Source of the DNA: Patescibacteria group bacterium
GTDB lineage: Bacteria; Patescibacteriota; Patescibacteriia; UBA9934
Direction of reading: 5' to 3'
NCBI GenBank assembly: GCA_038064675.1
Contig: JBBTSM010000003.1
Coordinates: 191,212 to 255,211 of the forward strand
DNA: 64,000 nucleotides
Below, in pieces: positions 40,822 through 49,379 of this stretch (its first letter is position 1; each line of letters opens with the position of its first letter). The notes beneath the pieces are model-generated. The model did not search any database, was not told the DNA's origin, and saw only the letters and a program-made list of their open reading frames with translations. The translations under genes and the position numbers were made by a program.

Positions 40822-42222
40822 TTACACCGGCGTCGGAATAATCATCGCCTCGTGCGGTTCGTAGTCGGCGACCGTGAAATGTTCTGGACGAAAGTCGAGA
40901 AGATCGGTGACGGTGGAGTCCATGTACATCGTTGGGAACGTACGAGGCTCGCGGTCGAGGAGTTGTTTGACGTGTTCAAACTGGCTTTCGTAAATGTGTG
41001 CGTCGGAAATAGTGTACACGAGCTCCTTTGGGGTGTAGCCCGTTGCTTGAGCGATCATCATCGTGAATGCGGCGTATTGGATGATGTTAAAAACGACGCC
41101 AACCGGAACGTCGCCACTGCGTTGGAAGTGATGAACCGAAAGCTGTTTTGTTTCTGGGAACACGAGGATGTGCAAATAGCCGTGGCATGGTGCGACGACG
41201 ACTTTGCGCGGAGAGATTCCTGAATGTTGCAGTGTGTACTGCGGAATCCACGGCGAAATAATGTGCGTGCGCAAATTTGGTCGCTCCTTGATTTGCTTCA
41301 CGACGTGCTCAATTTGATTGAACGGCTCGCCTTCACTTGTTGGAAACGCGGTCCATGCCGGGCCATAGCTTCCTGGACCAAGATCGCCTTCCGGCAAGCC
41401 GAAAATATCACAACGCTCTTTCGTCACCCATTTTTTCCACCACGCACAACCAAACGCCTTCAATTCTTCCTGCGTTCGCGCGCCGTGAAGGAACGCGAAG
41501 TGCTCACCGAGCGCACCAACCATGAAGCGTCCGCCGAGGTCGCGCTCCGTAATCATTGGGAATCCGTTCGCCAAATCGAAATGCATCTGCGCGCCAAGGA
41601 TCATGCGGGATCCTTCGCCTTGAATTGGCTTTACATCAACACCTTCTTCGAGAATTTTCTTGAGCAAATGATGATACTGCCAATCGATAGTACGTTCGAT
41701 AACCGGCTTCATGAACGATCGCTGCACGCGGTAGTGCAGAAGAACACTTCGTGCGTTCAGCTTTCGCGTATCGACGAGTTCGAGATTCACACGAGCAAAT
41801 TTTTCACCAAGTGGAACACCGTTACCGAACAAGAATGGCTCGAGAGTTAAAAAGACTTCATCGACGAGGCCGGCATCCAAAAACTGTCCGTACACCGAAG
41901 CTCCCCCACCAAGCGCTATTGTTTCAATGCCTTCGCCGATCAACCGCTTCACCAAAACCGCCGGAGAATCATTCGTGAATTCAACACCCTCGATCGGAGC
42001 CGCCGCTTCCGGATTCTTCGTTAATACAATCACCCGCCGGTCCTTCAAACCCTTCCCAATCGTGGCAAACGTCGTGCGGCCCATCACGACCACGCCAGCT
42101 TCCTTCGTCTTTTCCACAAAAAACTGCGTATCCTCCGCACTCGTCCAATCCAACGAGGATTGATCCACTTTTTCCGCAATTTTCCCATCCGCGCTCATGG
42201 CGGCAATCAGCCAGATTTTCAT
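40822..42222 (-). CDS. thyA: Fused dihydrofolate reductase-like domain plus thymidylate synthase
   Basis: AMSADGKI...MGRTTF...GGASVY then PCH, QRSGD, FN, DAHIY in one ORF. Confidence 0.9.
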   Translation of the reverse strand: MKIWLIAAMSADGKIAEKVDQSSLDWTSAEDTQFFVEKTKEAGVVVMGRTTFATIGKGLKDRRVIVLTKNPEAAAPIEGVEFTNDSPAVLVKRLIGEGIETIALGGGASVYGQFLDAGLVDEVFLTLEPFLFGNGVPLGEKFARVNLELVDTRKLNARSVLLHYRVQRSFMKPVIERTIDWQYHHLLKKILEEGVDVKPIQGEGSRMILGAQMHFDLANGFPMITERDLGGRFMVGALGEHFAFLHGARTQEELKAFGCAWWKKWVTKERCDIFGLPEGDLGPGSYGPAWTAFPTSEGEPFNQIEHVVKQIKERPNLRTHIISPWIPQYTLQHSGISPRKVVVAPCHGYLHILVFPETKQLSVHHFQRSGDVPVGVVFNIIQYAAFTMMIAQATGYTPKELVYTISDAHIYESQFEHVKQLLDREPRTFPTMYMDSTVTDLLDFRPEHFTVADYEPHEAMIIPTPV

Positions 42223-42382
42223 AGTTGTTCCGATGGTATCAGCCTAGCCCGCGTGGGTCGACGAACCATGTGGATACCCATCGCAATTCCAATAATTCTT
42301 CAAAATATCCAGAAATCGAAAAGGTGGAGCCGCGTTGGCCCCACCCCTCGTAGCGTCACCGTCCCGAACCAGCCCTCCGCAG

Positions 42383-42829
42383 CTACACCTTCGGCGCGTC
42401 GCGGTCCCCGATCGGGAAGTTGAACGTGGACGCGTGAAGCGAACCGTCCGAGAGCGTGACGATCTGGGGAACGATCATGTGGATGTGCGGATGCTGCATG
42501 ATCTGTCCGCTGTAGAGTCGATCACCCTCGCGGATGCAGATCCCGTACCCCTTGAGCCCGAAGCGTTCGATCAGTTCGTCACGCAAGTGCACGAACGCAG
42601 CGAAACCCGCCGCGGTGATCCTCTCCGTGCTGTGGTCAATAGGCGTGAAAAGGATCTGATACAGGGGCTGAATGAACAGCGCGTCCGTACGCGGGCGCTC
42701 ATTGGGGACCGCGATCCACCCTCCGTACGATGCGAGCGCATTGTCGCGCCAGCTCTGCTGACAGAAGCGGCAGCCGTCCCGCCGCACCTGTTCTTCATAG
42801 ACCCGTTCGGGCTTAACAACCTCAGTCAT
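42383..42829 (-). CDS. GC-rich HIT-family protein (cassette-like unit)
   Basis: CRFC, HPHIHM triad; own promoter and GGAG SD. Confidence 0.75.
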   Translation of the reverse strand: MTEVVKPERVYEEQVRRDGCRFCQQSWRDNALASYGGWIAVPNERPRTDALFIQPLYQILFTPIDHSTERITAAGFAAFVHLRDELIERFGLKGYGICIREGDRLYSGQIMQHPHIHMIVPQIVTLSDGSLHASTFNFPIGDRDAPKV

Positions 42830-43008
42830 GTACAACTCCGTGTGCCATGAAACACTACATTGCTACCCAATGTTTGGTCAAAAAGAAACATCACGCGGCC
42901 AAGCATGGCAACCGCGTGATATCTTTTTGCGACGACGTTTTCTCGTCATCACGCTTCGCACTGTACACGGAAAAAATGGAGGGTCAACGAAATTATGTGG
43001 ATAACGAA

Positions 43009-43134
43009 AAGAATTTATCATTTCGCCCATTTTCGGCTTGCTTCCTCAACGTGATCGACGACGTACCGAGAAGTACGTCTTGACGCTCACGTCTTCGTTG
43101 CGCACCGAAACTGGTCTGAAATGAAAAAATTCTT
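43009..43134 (-). repeat. Family A hairpin element, copy 6
   Basis: Minus strand tttcggtgc...acGTACTTCTCGGTACgt...aagccgaaaa. Confidence 0.85.
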
Positions 43135-43195
43135 GCTAAGATCGGTGGATAAACACTCGATAATCAATCCGCGATCAAGTACGATCGATGCGCTT

Positions 43196-43621
43196 ATGGA
43201 AATTTCTATCCGTCGACTGAACTCTGATGTTCCCTTTCCAGAATATAAAACTCCTGGCGCATGTGCGTTTGATATTGCGGTTATCGAAGGGAAAATACTC
43301 GCACCAAATGAACGCGCAATTTTTCCAACCGGACTTGTCGTGAAAGTTCCGGAAGGTCATGTTCTTATTCTTGCTTCACGATCGAGCAATGCAAAAAAAG
43401 GCATTACGCTCAGCAATGGCATCGGTATCATCGATGGCGACTATTGTGGACCGAACGATGAACTTCACATCGCGCTCCACAATATCGGAAATGACGCATA
43501 CACCGTCGAAGCTGGCGAACGCATTGCGCAAGGAATGTTCATTCCCATTACTCGCGCACAATTCGTCGAACCGGCTGATTGGTCCGCTATCGATCGCGGT
43601 GGGTTCGGAACAACGGGATAA
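43196..43621 (+). CDS. dut: dUTP diphosphatase
   Basis: FDI, RSS, GIIDGDY.G, ERIAQ, RGGFGTTG. Confidence 0.95.
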   Translation: MEISIRRLNSDVPFPEYKTPGACAFDIAVIEGKILAPNERAIFPTGLVVKVPEGHVLILASRSSNAKKGITLSNGIGIIDGDYCGPNDELHIALHNIGNDAYTVEAGERIAQGMFIPITRAQFVEPADWSAIDRGGFGTTG

Positions 43622-43673
43622 TCCTGATATACTGATCGTATCAATATCTCTTTAAGAGGAAGCCCGCCCTCCT

Positions 43674-44561
43674 ATGGCAAAGCTCATCACCATCGGCTCA
43701 CTCATCGATCGCACCGTTGAACACTTCCGCCTCCATTTCAAAGAACTCATCGGTATTAGCTTGTGGATTGTGGTCGCGGCGATGCCATTCCTGTTCTCTG
43801 GATACCTCGCACCGTTTGGCGTGGACGAACTCACACCGAAAGGCGAAGTCGTCACGTACATGATCGTCAACGTCCTTGGTGTCGTTACCACCACACTCGC
43901 AAGCTTGTGGATTGGCATTTGTCTTATTTTCACCATCGATGCACGAGCACAAGGAAAAAATCCAGATCATGTCGTGCTCGGGAAGCGCTCGTGGAAATTC
44001 ATGCTGTCGTTCTTTGTACTTTCTGCAGTAATCGCTATTGGTCTCAGCGTCGCATCTGCGCTCTTCATCGTTCCTGGCATTCTCGTCACGATGTTCAACC
44101 AGCTTCCGGGCACTGCCGGAACTGTCCTTGGTGCCGTGGGAATTCTTTTGCTCTTTGCTGGCATTATCATGGCGATGTACACACTCATCCGCTACAGTGT
44201 TGAGCTGGCATTTGCGCAATACCATCTTCTCCTCGACAACGAAGCAACGGCTTTTTCCTTCAAGACGTTACGACGAGCAGTCAACGCATCACGCGCGTCG
44301 GTGAAAGGTGCATGGTGGCCAATCGCGCTTCGTCTCTTTGTCCCAAATGCGATCATTTCTCTTATCGTTGTTGGATTCACCATGACAACGAACCTTGCCA
44401 CAACCGTCATGATTTCCTTTGCGGCTGCAGCACTGTCGCCGCTCGCCATTACGCTTATTTCCGTCGCCCTCACCTTGAGCGTATTCATTATCAATGCCCT
44501 GGTGATGCCGCTCTACAGCCTGACGACCTACTACCTCTATGACAGCGTCAGCAAGCGATAA
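43674..44561 (+). CDS. Multi-pass membrane protein
   Basis: About six TM helices. Confidence 0.75.
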   Translation: MAKLITIGSLIDRTVEHFRLHFKELIGISLWIVVAAMPFLFSGYLAPFGVDELTPKGEVVTYMIVNVLGVVTTTLASLWIGICLIFTIDARAQGKNPDHVVLGKRSWKFMLSFFVLSAVIAIGLSVASALFIVPGILVTMFNQLPGTAGTVLGAVGILLLFAGIIMAMYTLIRYSVELAFAQYHLLLDNEATAFSFKTLRRAVNASRASVKGAWWPIALRLFVPNAIISLIVVGFTMTTNLATTVMISFAAAALSPLAITLISVALTLSVFIINALVMPLYSLTTYYLYDSVSKR

Positions 44562-45318
44562 TACTCCAGAAGAAAAGGATGAAAAGCCGAACGTCGCAGA
44601 GCTTCCAAGCGTTTTCGACATCCTGCTTTACAGCCTCACGCTTGCCAAACGATATGCCGGTGACGTGTACGGCTTTACTGCATACCTTCTTTTCCCGCTG
44701 ATTCTTTCGTTTGGTGTTCGTGGAATTTCTGGAAACCTTGGAATCGTTGCAGAAAGCATGGTGAATGTTCTCTCGCTTGCACTGTCGTGTTGGGCCGCGG
44801 CTGCAATCAGCACATTAATCAGTCTTAAAACCGCGCATCCAAAAAAGGATCACGACCCCAGGAGTATCGGACAGCACGCCGCGAGCGTCCTGGGTACGCT
44901 TCTTCTCGCGTCGCTTCTTTCCGGAATCATTCAAGCGGCGGGATACTTTCTCCTTATTGTTCCAGGAGTTATCGCCTCCATACTTTTTGCATTCACCCTT
45001 GAGGAAGTTGTGCTTCGCGGCCATGGGCCAATTTCCGCACTTGCGGCGTCCAAAGCTCGTGTACAGCATCAACTCGCTGCTATTGGCTGGAGGCTCCTTG
45101 CAATCGTGTTCGCGTTCTTTCTGGTGTATTTCATCCTCGGCGCAGCGGTTATCCTCGTTGGGTCCTTCGCGACCGGAATCAGCCCAACAGCGCTCGCTCT
45201 CAACGGTGTTCCGTTGTGGGTTGACGCTATTCTCGTTGTGCTCCAAATTGCTCTTTTGCCACCGGTCATCATCGCCCATACGGTGCTTTACCTCTCCACC
45301 TCTCCGACTGTAGACTAG
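44539..45318 (+). CDS. Multi-pass membrane protein
   Basis: About six TM helices, similar architecture to the upstream gene. Confidence 0.75.
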   Translation: MTASASDNTPEEKDEKPNVAELPSVFDILLYSLTLAKRYAGDVYGFTAYLLFPLILSFGVRGISGNLGIVAESMVNVLSLALSCWAAAAISTLISLKTAHPKKDHDPRSIGQHAASVLGTLLLASLLSGIIQAAGYFLLIVPGVIASILFAFTLEEVVLRGHGPISALAASKARVQHQLAAIGWRLLAIVFAFFLVYFILGAAVILVGSFATGISPTALALNGVPLWVDAILVVLQIALLPPVIIAHTVLYLSTSPTVD

Positions 45319-45324
45319 GGCGGT

Positions 45325-46800
45325 ATGCGTCTCCAACCCGTTATCGGCCTAGAAACCCACGTTGAGCTCAGCACCAGAACCAAGATGTTTTGCGGCTGCA
45401 ATGCTCACGACGAAGGCGCGCTCCCCAACACGCACGTTTGCCCCGTCTGCACCGGCCATCCGGGCACGCTTCCGGTTCCAAATGCTGCAGCACTGCGCTA
45501 CGCCGTTCTTCTTGGGCTTGCGCTCAACGGCACCATCACTGAACATTCCAAATTCGATCGGAAACACTATTTCTACCCCGACCTTCCAAAGGCGTACCAA
45601 ATTTCACAGTTCGATCTCCCCGTCATGCAGAACGGCGAACTCGTCATCGACGTTCCCGGCGAAGGCGCGGTACGCATCGGCATTGAGCGCATGCATCTGG
45701 AGGAAGACTCGGCGAAAAATATCCACGGCGACGACGGAAAAACATACGTGGACTTTAATCGCTCCAGTGTGCCGTTGTGCGAGATCGTCACGAAGCCAGA
45801 CTTCCGCAATTCCACACAAGCGAAGGCGTATGTTCAGGAAATGCGCCTACTTGTCCGAGTACTCGGCATTTCTGAAGGCGATCTTGAACGCGGACATCTG
45901 CGTTGTGACGTGAACGTTTCGTTGCGTGAAGTCGACGAAAACGGTTTACCGATCGGCCCAATGAATCCAAAGACGGAAATTAAAAACATCAATTCCTTCC
46001 GCGCTATTGAACGTGCGATTGATTACGAAATTGCGCGCCAGACCGCACTGTGGGACGCCGGAACGCCGCCGATGATTACGACGACGCGCGGCTGGAATGA
46101 CACTACACAAACCACCGATGCGCAGCGCACCAAAGAAGACTCCGCGGATTATCGCTATTTCCCCGAACCAGACATTCCGCCACTCGATCTGCGCGAATTC
46201 GTTGTGGACATCCAACGAAATCTTCCAGAACTCCCCCGAGCCAAACGCGCTCGATTCGTCGATGAATACGGATTCAAACCCGATATCGCAAAACAGATTG
46301 TTGACGACACTGCACTCGCGAATTTTACTGAAGCAACCATGAGCGAGCTTCGATCCGAACTCGGACCGTCAAACACCACCGATCTCGCAAAACTCGTCAG
46401 CGGATGGATTCTTACAAAGTTTGGAAGTGTTCTTGCAAACGAAGGCCGAGCAATCACCGACGCAAAAACAACGCCGGAACGATTCGCAGAATTCCTCGCG
46501 CTCATCGCGAACGGAAAACTCACCGCGCAAAAAGGCCTTGAGGTGCTTGCGCAAATGGAATTCCGCAGCCTTGAAGTCTCCGAAGCAATGGAAGTCGTCG
46601 GTGCATTATCCATCGACGATTCGTCCGTGATCGATTCCATCATCGCAGAGGTCCTTGAGAAGAAGGCAGCCGAGGTTGCACGCTACAAACATGGCGAAGA
46701 AAAACTCTTCCCGTTCCTTCTCGGCCAGGTTATGAAGGCAGCAAAGGGGAATGTAGATCCTGCAACAGCAACAGAGGCATTGAAGAAAGCGCTTTCGTAG
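45325..46800 (+). CDS. gatB: Asp/Glu-tRNA amidotransferase subunit B
   Basis: IGLETH, YPDLPKAYQISQ, HLEED, DYRYFPEPD. Confidence 0.97.
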   Translation: MRLQPVIGLETHVELSTRTKMFCGCNAHDEGALPNTHVCPVCTGHPGTLPVPNAAALRYAVLLGLALNGTITEHSKFDRKHYFYPDLPKAYQISQFDLPVMQNGELVIDVPGEGAVRIGIERMHLEEDSAKNIHGDDGKTYVDFNRSSVPLCEIVTKPDFRNSTQAKAYVQEMRLLVRVLGISEGDLERGHLRCDVNVSLREVDENGLPIGPMNPKTEIKNINSFRAIERAIDYEIARQTALWDAGTPPMITTTRGWNDTTQTTDAQRTKEDSADYRYFPEPDIPPLDLREFVVDIQRNLPELPRAKRARFVDEYGFKPDIAKQIVDDTALANFTEATMSELRSELGPSNTTDLAKLVSGWILTKFGSVLANEGRAITDAKTTPERFAEFLALIANGKLTAQKGLEVLAQMEFRSLEVSEAMEVVGALSIDDSSVIDSIIAEVLEKKAAEVARYKHGEEKLFPFLLGQVMKAAKGNVDPATATEALKKALS

Positions 46801-46845
46801 GCAAAAAGAACGGTCAATTATGACCGTTCTTTTGTTTGGAATGAT

Positions 46846-47499
46846 TTACTTTGCTGCAATTGCTTCGTTACGATCTGCGTCTGCAGCTTCTTGATTACGC
46901 CGAGCATTAGTGAGTTTTGCGGTTTCGCGATCAATTTCCCGCATATTTGCCTGAATCTCTCTCTTCCTTAGAAAGGCAAAGAATCCCAGCCCATCGAGCT
47001 CTTTCTGAAGAGCGCTTCTCTGATTTCTCAGGACGTCTTTCGGGGATTCTGTTTCGGGTTCACCGATGACGTCTTGATGCGTATTTTCACTGCCCATTGC
47101 CTCACTGCTCAGCATCCCAAGATCGTCGCGATATCGCTCAACTCGAGCAATATTTTCCTCAACCTGCCGCAAACGTTCAGCTCTATCTTCAAGAGGAACG
47201 CCAGGTTCGCTCCGTTGAATTGCCATCCGATCATCGCGAAGCTTTCCCAACGAATCGTTCAATGACCGCAACTCCACAAGAAGATCTTGACGCGTTGGAT
47301 TGCCGCCGAGCTTGAGCAGAATCGCCGTTCGGCGCGCTTTGGCTTGCGCAATGTCCTCCGTGCCCGCAACGATCTTCTTTGGCACTGGTTCGATCTGTGC
47401 CTCTTGTACCACCTTGGGAACACCCTTTTGGATTTCTGGAACCTCCGGAGCTACTCCTTCTCGCAATATTCGATAACCGTCCACCATACACTCAAGCAT
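46846..47499 (-). CDS. Hypothetical coiled-coil protein
   Basis: 217 aa, charged and helical; overlaps the miaA stop. Confidence 0.65.
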   Translation of the reverse strand: MLECMVDGYRILREGVAPEVPEIQKGVPKVVQEAQIEPVPKKIVAGTEDIAQAKARRTAILLKLGGNPTRQDLLVELRSLNDSLGKLRDDRMAIQRSEPGVPLEDRAERLRQVEENIARVERYRDDLGMLSSEAMGSENTHQDVIGEPETESPKDVLRNQRSALQKELDGLGFFAFLRKREIQANMREIDRETAKLTNARRNQEAADADRNEAIAAK

Positions 47500-48497
47500 T
47501 AGCGCTTGAAAAAATTATCCGATATTTTCACCGCTTCGTACACAGAAGTTACCCACAGAATTCGCGAATCTCTTTGAAACCAGGTCTCCTGGCGTTTTGC
47601 GTAATGATGACTGTCGTATTTAATGCGAAGAACCGCGTCGCGGAGCTGCTCCTTCTTTTGGAAGAAATCCACAATCTGCCGGTACCCAATTCCCGTCATT
47701 CCCGGGCAATCGTCGCCATACAGATCACGAAGTTTACGAACCTCATCCACGAGGCCTTTACCGATCATTTCGTCCACACGGAGGTCGATGTCGGCATAAA
47801 GTTGCTCACGAGGCTTTGTGACACCGATCTGAAGCGCGTCGTAGATCGGATCTGCGAATTCCTGACGATCCGCGAGCGTCTTTCCGGTTGTTCTGAGAAT
47901 CTCGAGCGCGCGAACTAAGCGACGACGGTTGCGATCGTCAATTGTGGACGCGGCGTCAGGATCACGCGACGCAATTTCCTCGAGCAACTCGTTGTCCGTC
48001 ATCGATTCCAGTTCCGACCGAAGCGCAGCGTCCGGCTCGGTGTTGGCGTAATTCGGCCGGTCGATGATGGCACGAATGTACATTCCTGTTCCGCCAACGA
48101 GAATTGGCACGTGGCCACGTTCAAGGATCTCGGTGATTTTCTTGTCGGCGTATTCCTGGAACTGTGAAACCGTAAACACTTCATCGGGATTCACCAGATC
48201 GATTCCCCAATGCGGAACCCCTTCGACGAGACGAGGTCGGGCAGCGAAAAGGGAGTCGATTCCGAGCGCCGAATCGCCCTCATCGACAGCCCCCCTCCGA
48301 CTCCCCCCATAAATGGGGGGAGAGACGTCATCCGCCTCCGGCTTCGCCGTGCCGATATCCATCCCTTTGTAGACCGTGCGGCTGTCTGCACAGATCACTT
48401 CCCCATCAAAACGCTTTGCCAAGGCAATGCCAGTCCCGGTTTTTCCGGAACACGTCGGACCAACAACGGCAAGGATTTTCGGCAGTTTTCGCTCCAT
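47499..48497 (-). CDS. miaA: tRNA dimethylallyltransferase with an in-frame insertion
   Basis: GPTCSGKT, DSRTVYKGMDIGTAKP, GGTGMY, YAKRQETW. Confidence 0.95.
   Translation of the reverse strand: MERKLPKILAVVGPTCSGKTGTGIALAKRFDGEVICADSRTVYKGMDIGTAKPEADDVSPPIYGGSRRGAVDEGDSALGIDSLFAARPRLVEGVPHWGIDLVNPDEVFTVSQFQEYADKKITEILERGHVPILVGGTGMYIRAIIDRPNYANTEPDAALRSELESMTDNELLEEIASRDPDAASTIDDRNRRRLVRALEILRTTGKTLADRQEFADPIYDALQIGVTKPREQLYADIDLRVDEMIGKGLVDEVRKLRDLYGDDCPGMTGIGYRQIVDFFQKKEQLRDAVLRIKYDSHHYAKRQETWFQRDSRILWVTSVYEAVKISDNFFKR
48289..48323. repeat. Palindromic repeat inside miaA
   Basis: Reverse complement matches 1627-1658. Confidence 0.75.
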
Positions 48498-48620
48498 ATT
48501 GCCCAATCCTATCATCTTTCTTCCGGACGATCTACGCACGGCTACACCCTACTCTCTACTCCCTACACCCTTGTACTGTATACTTTTTTGTGCTAACCTC
48601 AGCTGTTTCTCGCCGTGCCA

Positions 48621-49250
48621 ATGGACGACGAGATTTCCCCGACCCGATCACCTAGGAGAACTCCCGTGCCCACCCCTCGTTTGGCTTTCGATTCCCCTTT
48701 CAACGACCCGACCCAACGCAACAGCGGCTCGCACTCCCTGTTCACCGTCATGGATGGTGGCCGCAGCCGTGCCGAAGGCCCACCGGCGATCGTCGTCGCA
48801 GAGACCCCGGCGCCCGAACCGGCGACAAGCGTCAAACTCGATCCGCCGGTGGCCACAGTCACCAACTGGTCTCCGCGCTGGTGGCGGATGCTCGTCATCC
48901 TCACCCTGCAGTACGGTCGGTGGTCGATCATCGGCTGGCCGCTCTACACAATCTTCTGCGCCTGGCGTTCCTACGACGTCAAGTGCGCGCTCGACGCCCT
49001 CACGCTCCGCTACGGGCGCGGCGACGTGGGCTTCGACATCGGGCTGAAGATCTCCGAGATCCTCAAGCACGGTACGAGCATCGAGGACCTGTGTGTCATC
49101 GAGAACGCGACGCGTAGCAGCCGGTTCCGCCCGTTTGGCCTCGAAGCGACATTCGCCGACGAGACCATGAACGGGGCATCCCTGCTCCACCACTTGAACT
49201 GGGCGTGCGGGCTCGTCCGCTCGCCCATCTCGCCCACCATCAACCCGTGA
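48621..49250 (+). CDS. GC-rich ORFan with TM segment (cassette-like unit)
   Basis: TTGTAC-N17-TAACCT promoter, G/C-ending codons, 3' hairpin 49264-49313 then ttatacaca. Confidence 0.7.
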   Translation: MDDEISPTRSPRRTPVPTPRLAFDSPFNDPTQRNSGSHSLFTVMDGGRSRAEGPPAIVVAETPAPEPATSVKLDPPVATVTNWSPRWWRMLVILTLQYGRWSIIGWPLYTIFCAWRSYDVKCALDALTLRYGRGDVGFDIGLKISEILKHGTSIEDLCVIENATRSSRFRPFGLEATFADETMNGASLLHHLNWACGLVRSPISPTINP

Positions 49251-49379
49251 CGCCAACGTGACCACGACGCGATGCCTCGCCGCTCTCTGAGCTGGCGAGG
49301 CATCGGTGTTTTTATACACAGCCGCAACAATTTCATATCAAAACAAGGTACAATAGTCGTATATTCTTCTTCTTTGACT

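Noticed and set aside
42996-43152. Replication origin suggested by DnaA-box-like sites
   Set aside because: Boxes are isolated rather than clustered, with no dnaA/dnaN and no evident unwinding element
48541-48571. Short CTACACC/CTACTC heptamer-like run upstream of miaA
   Set aside because: Only about four degenerate units; too weak to call beyond low-complexity sequence
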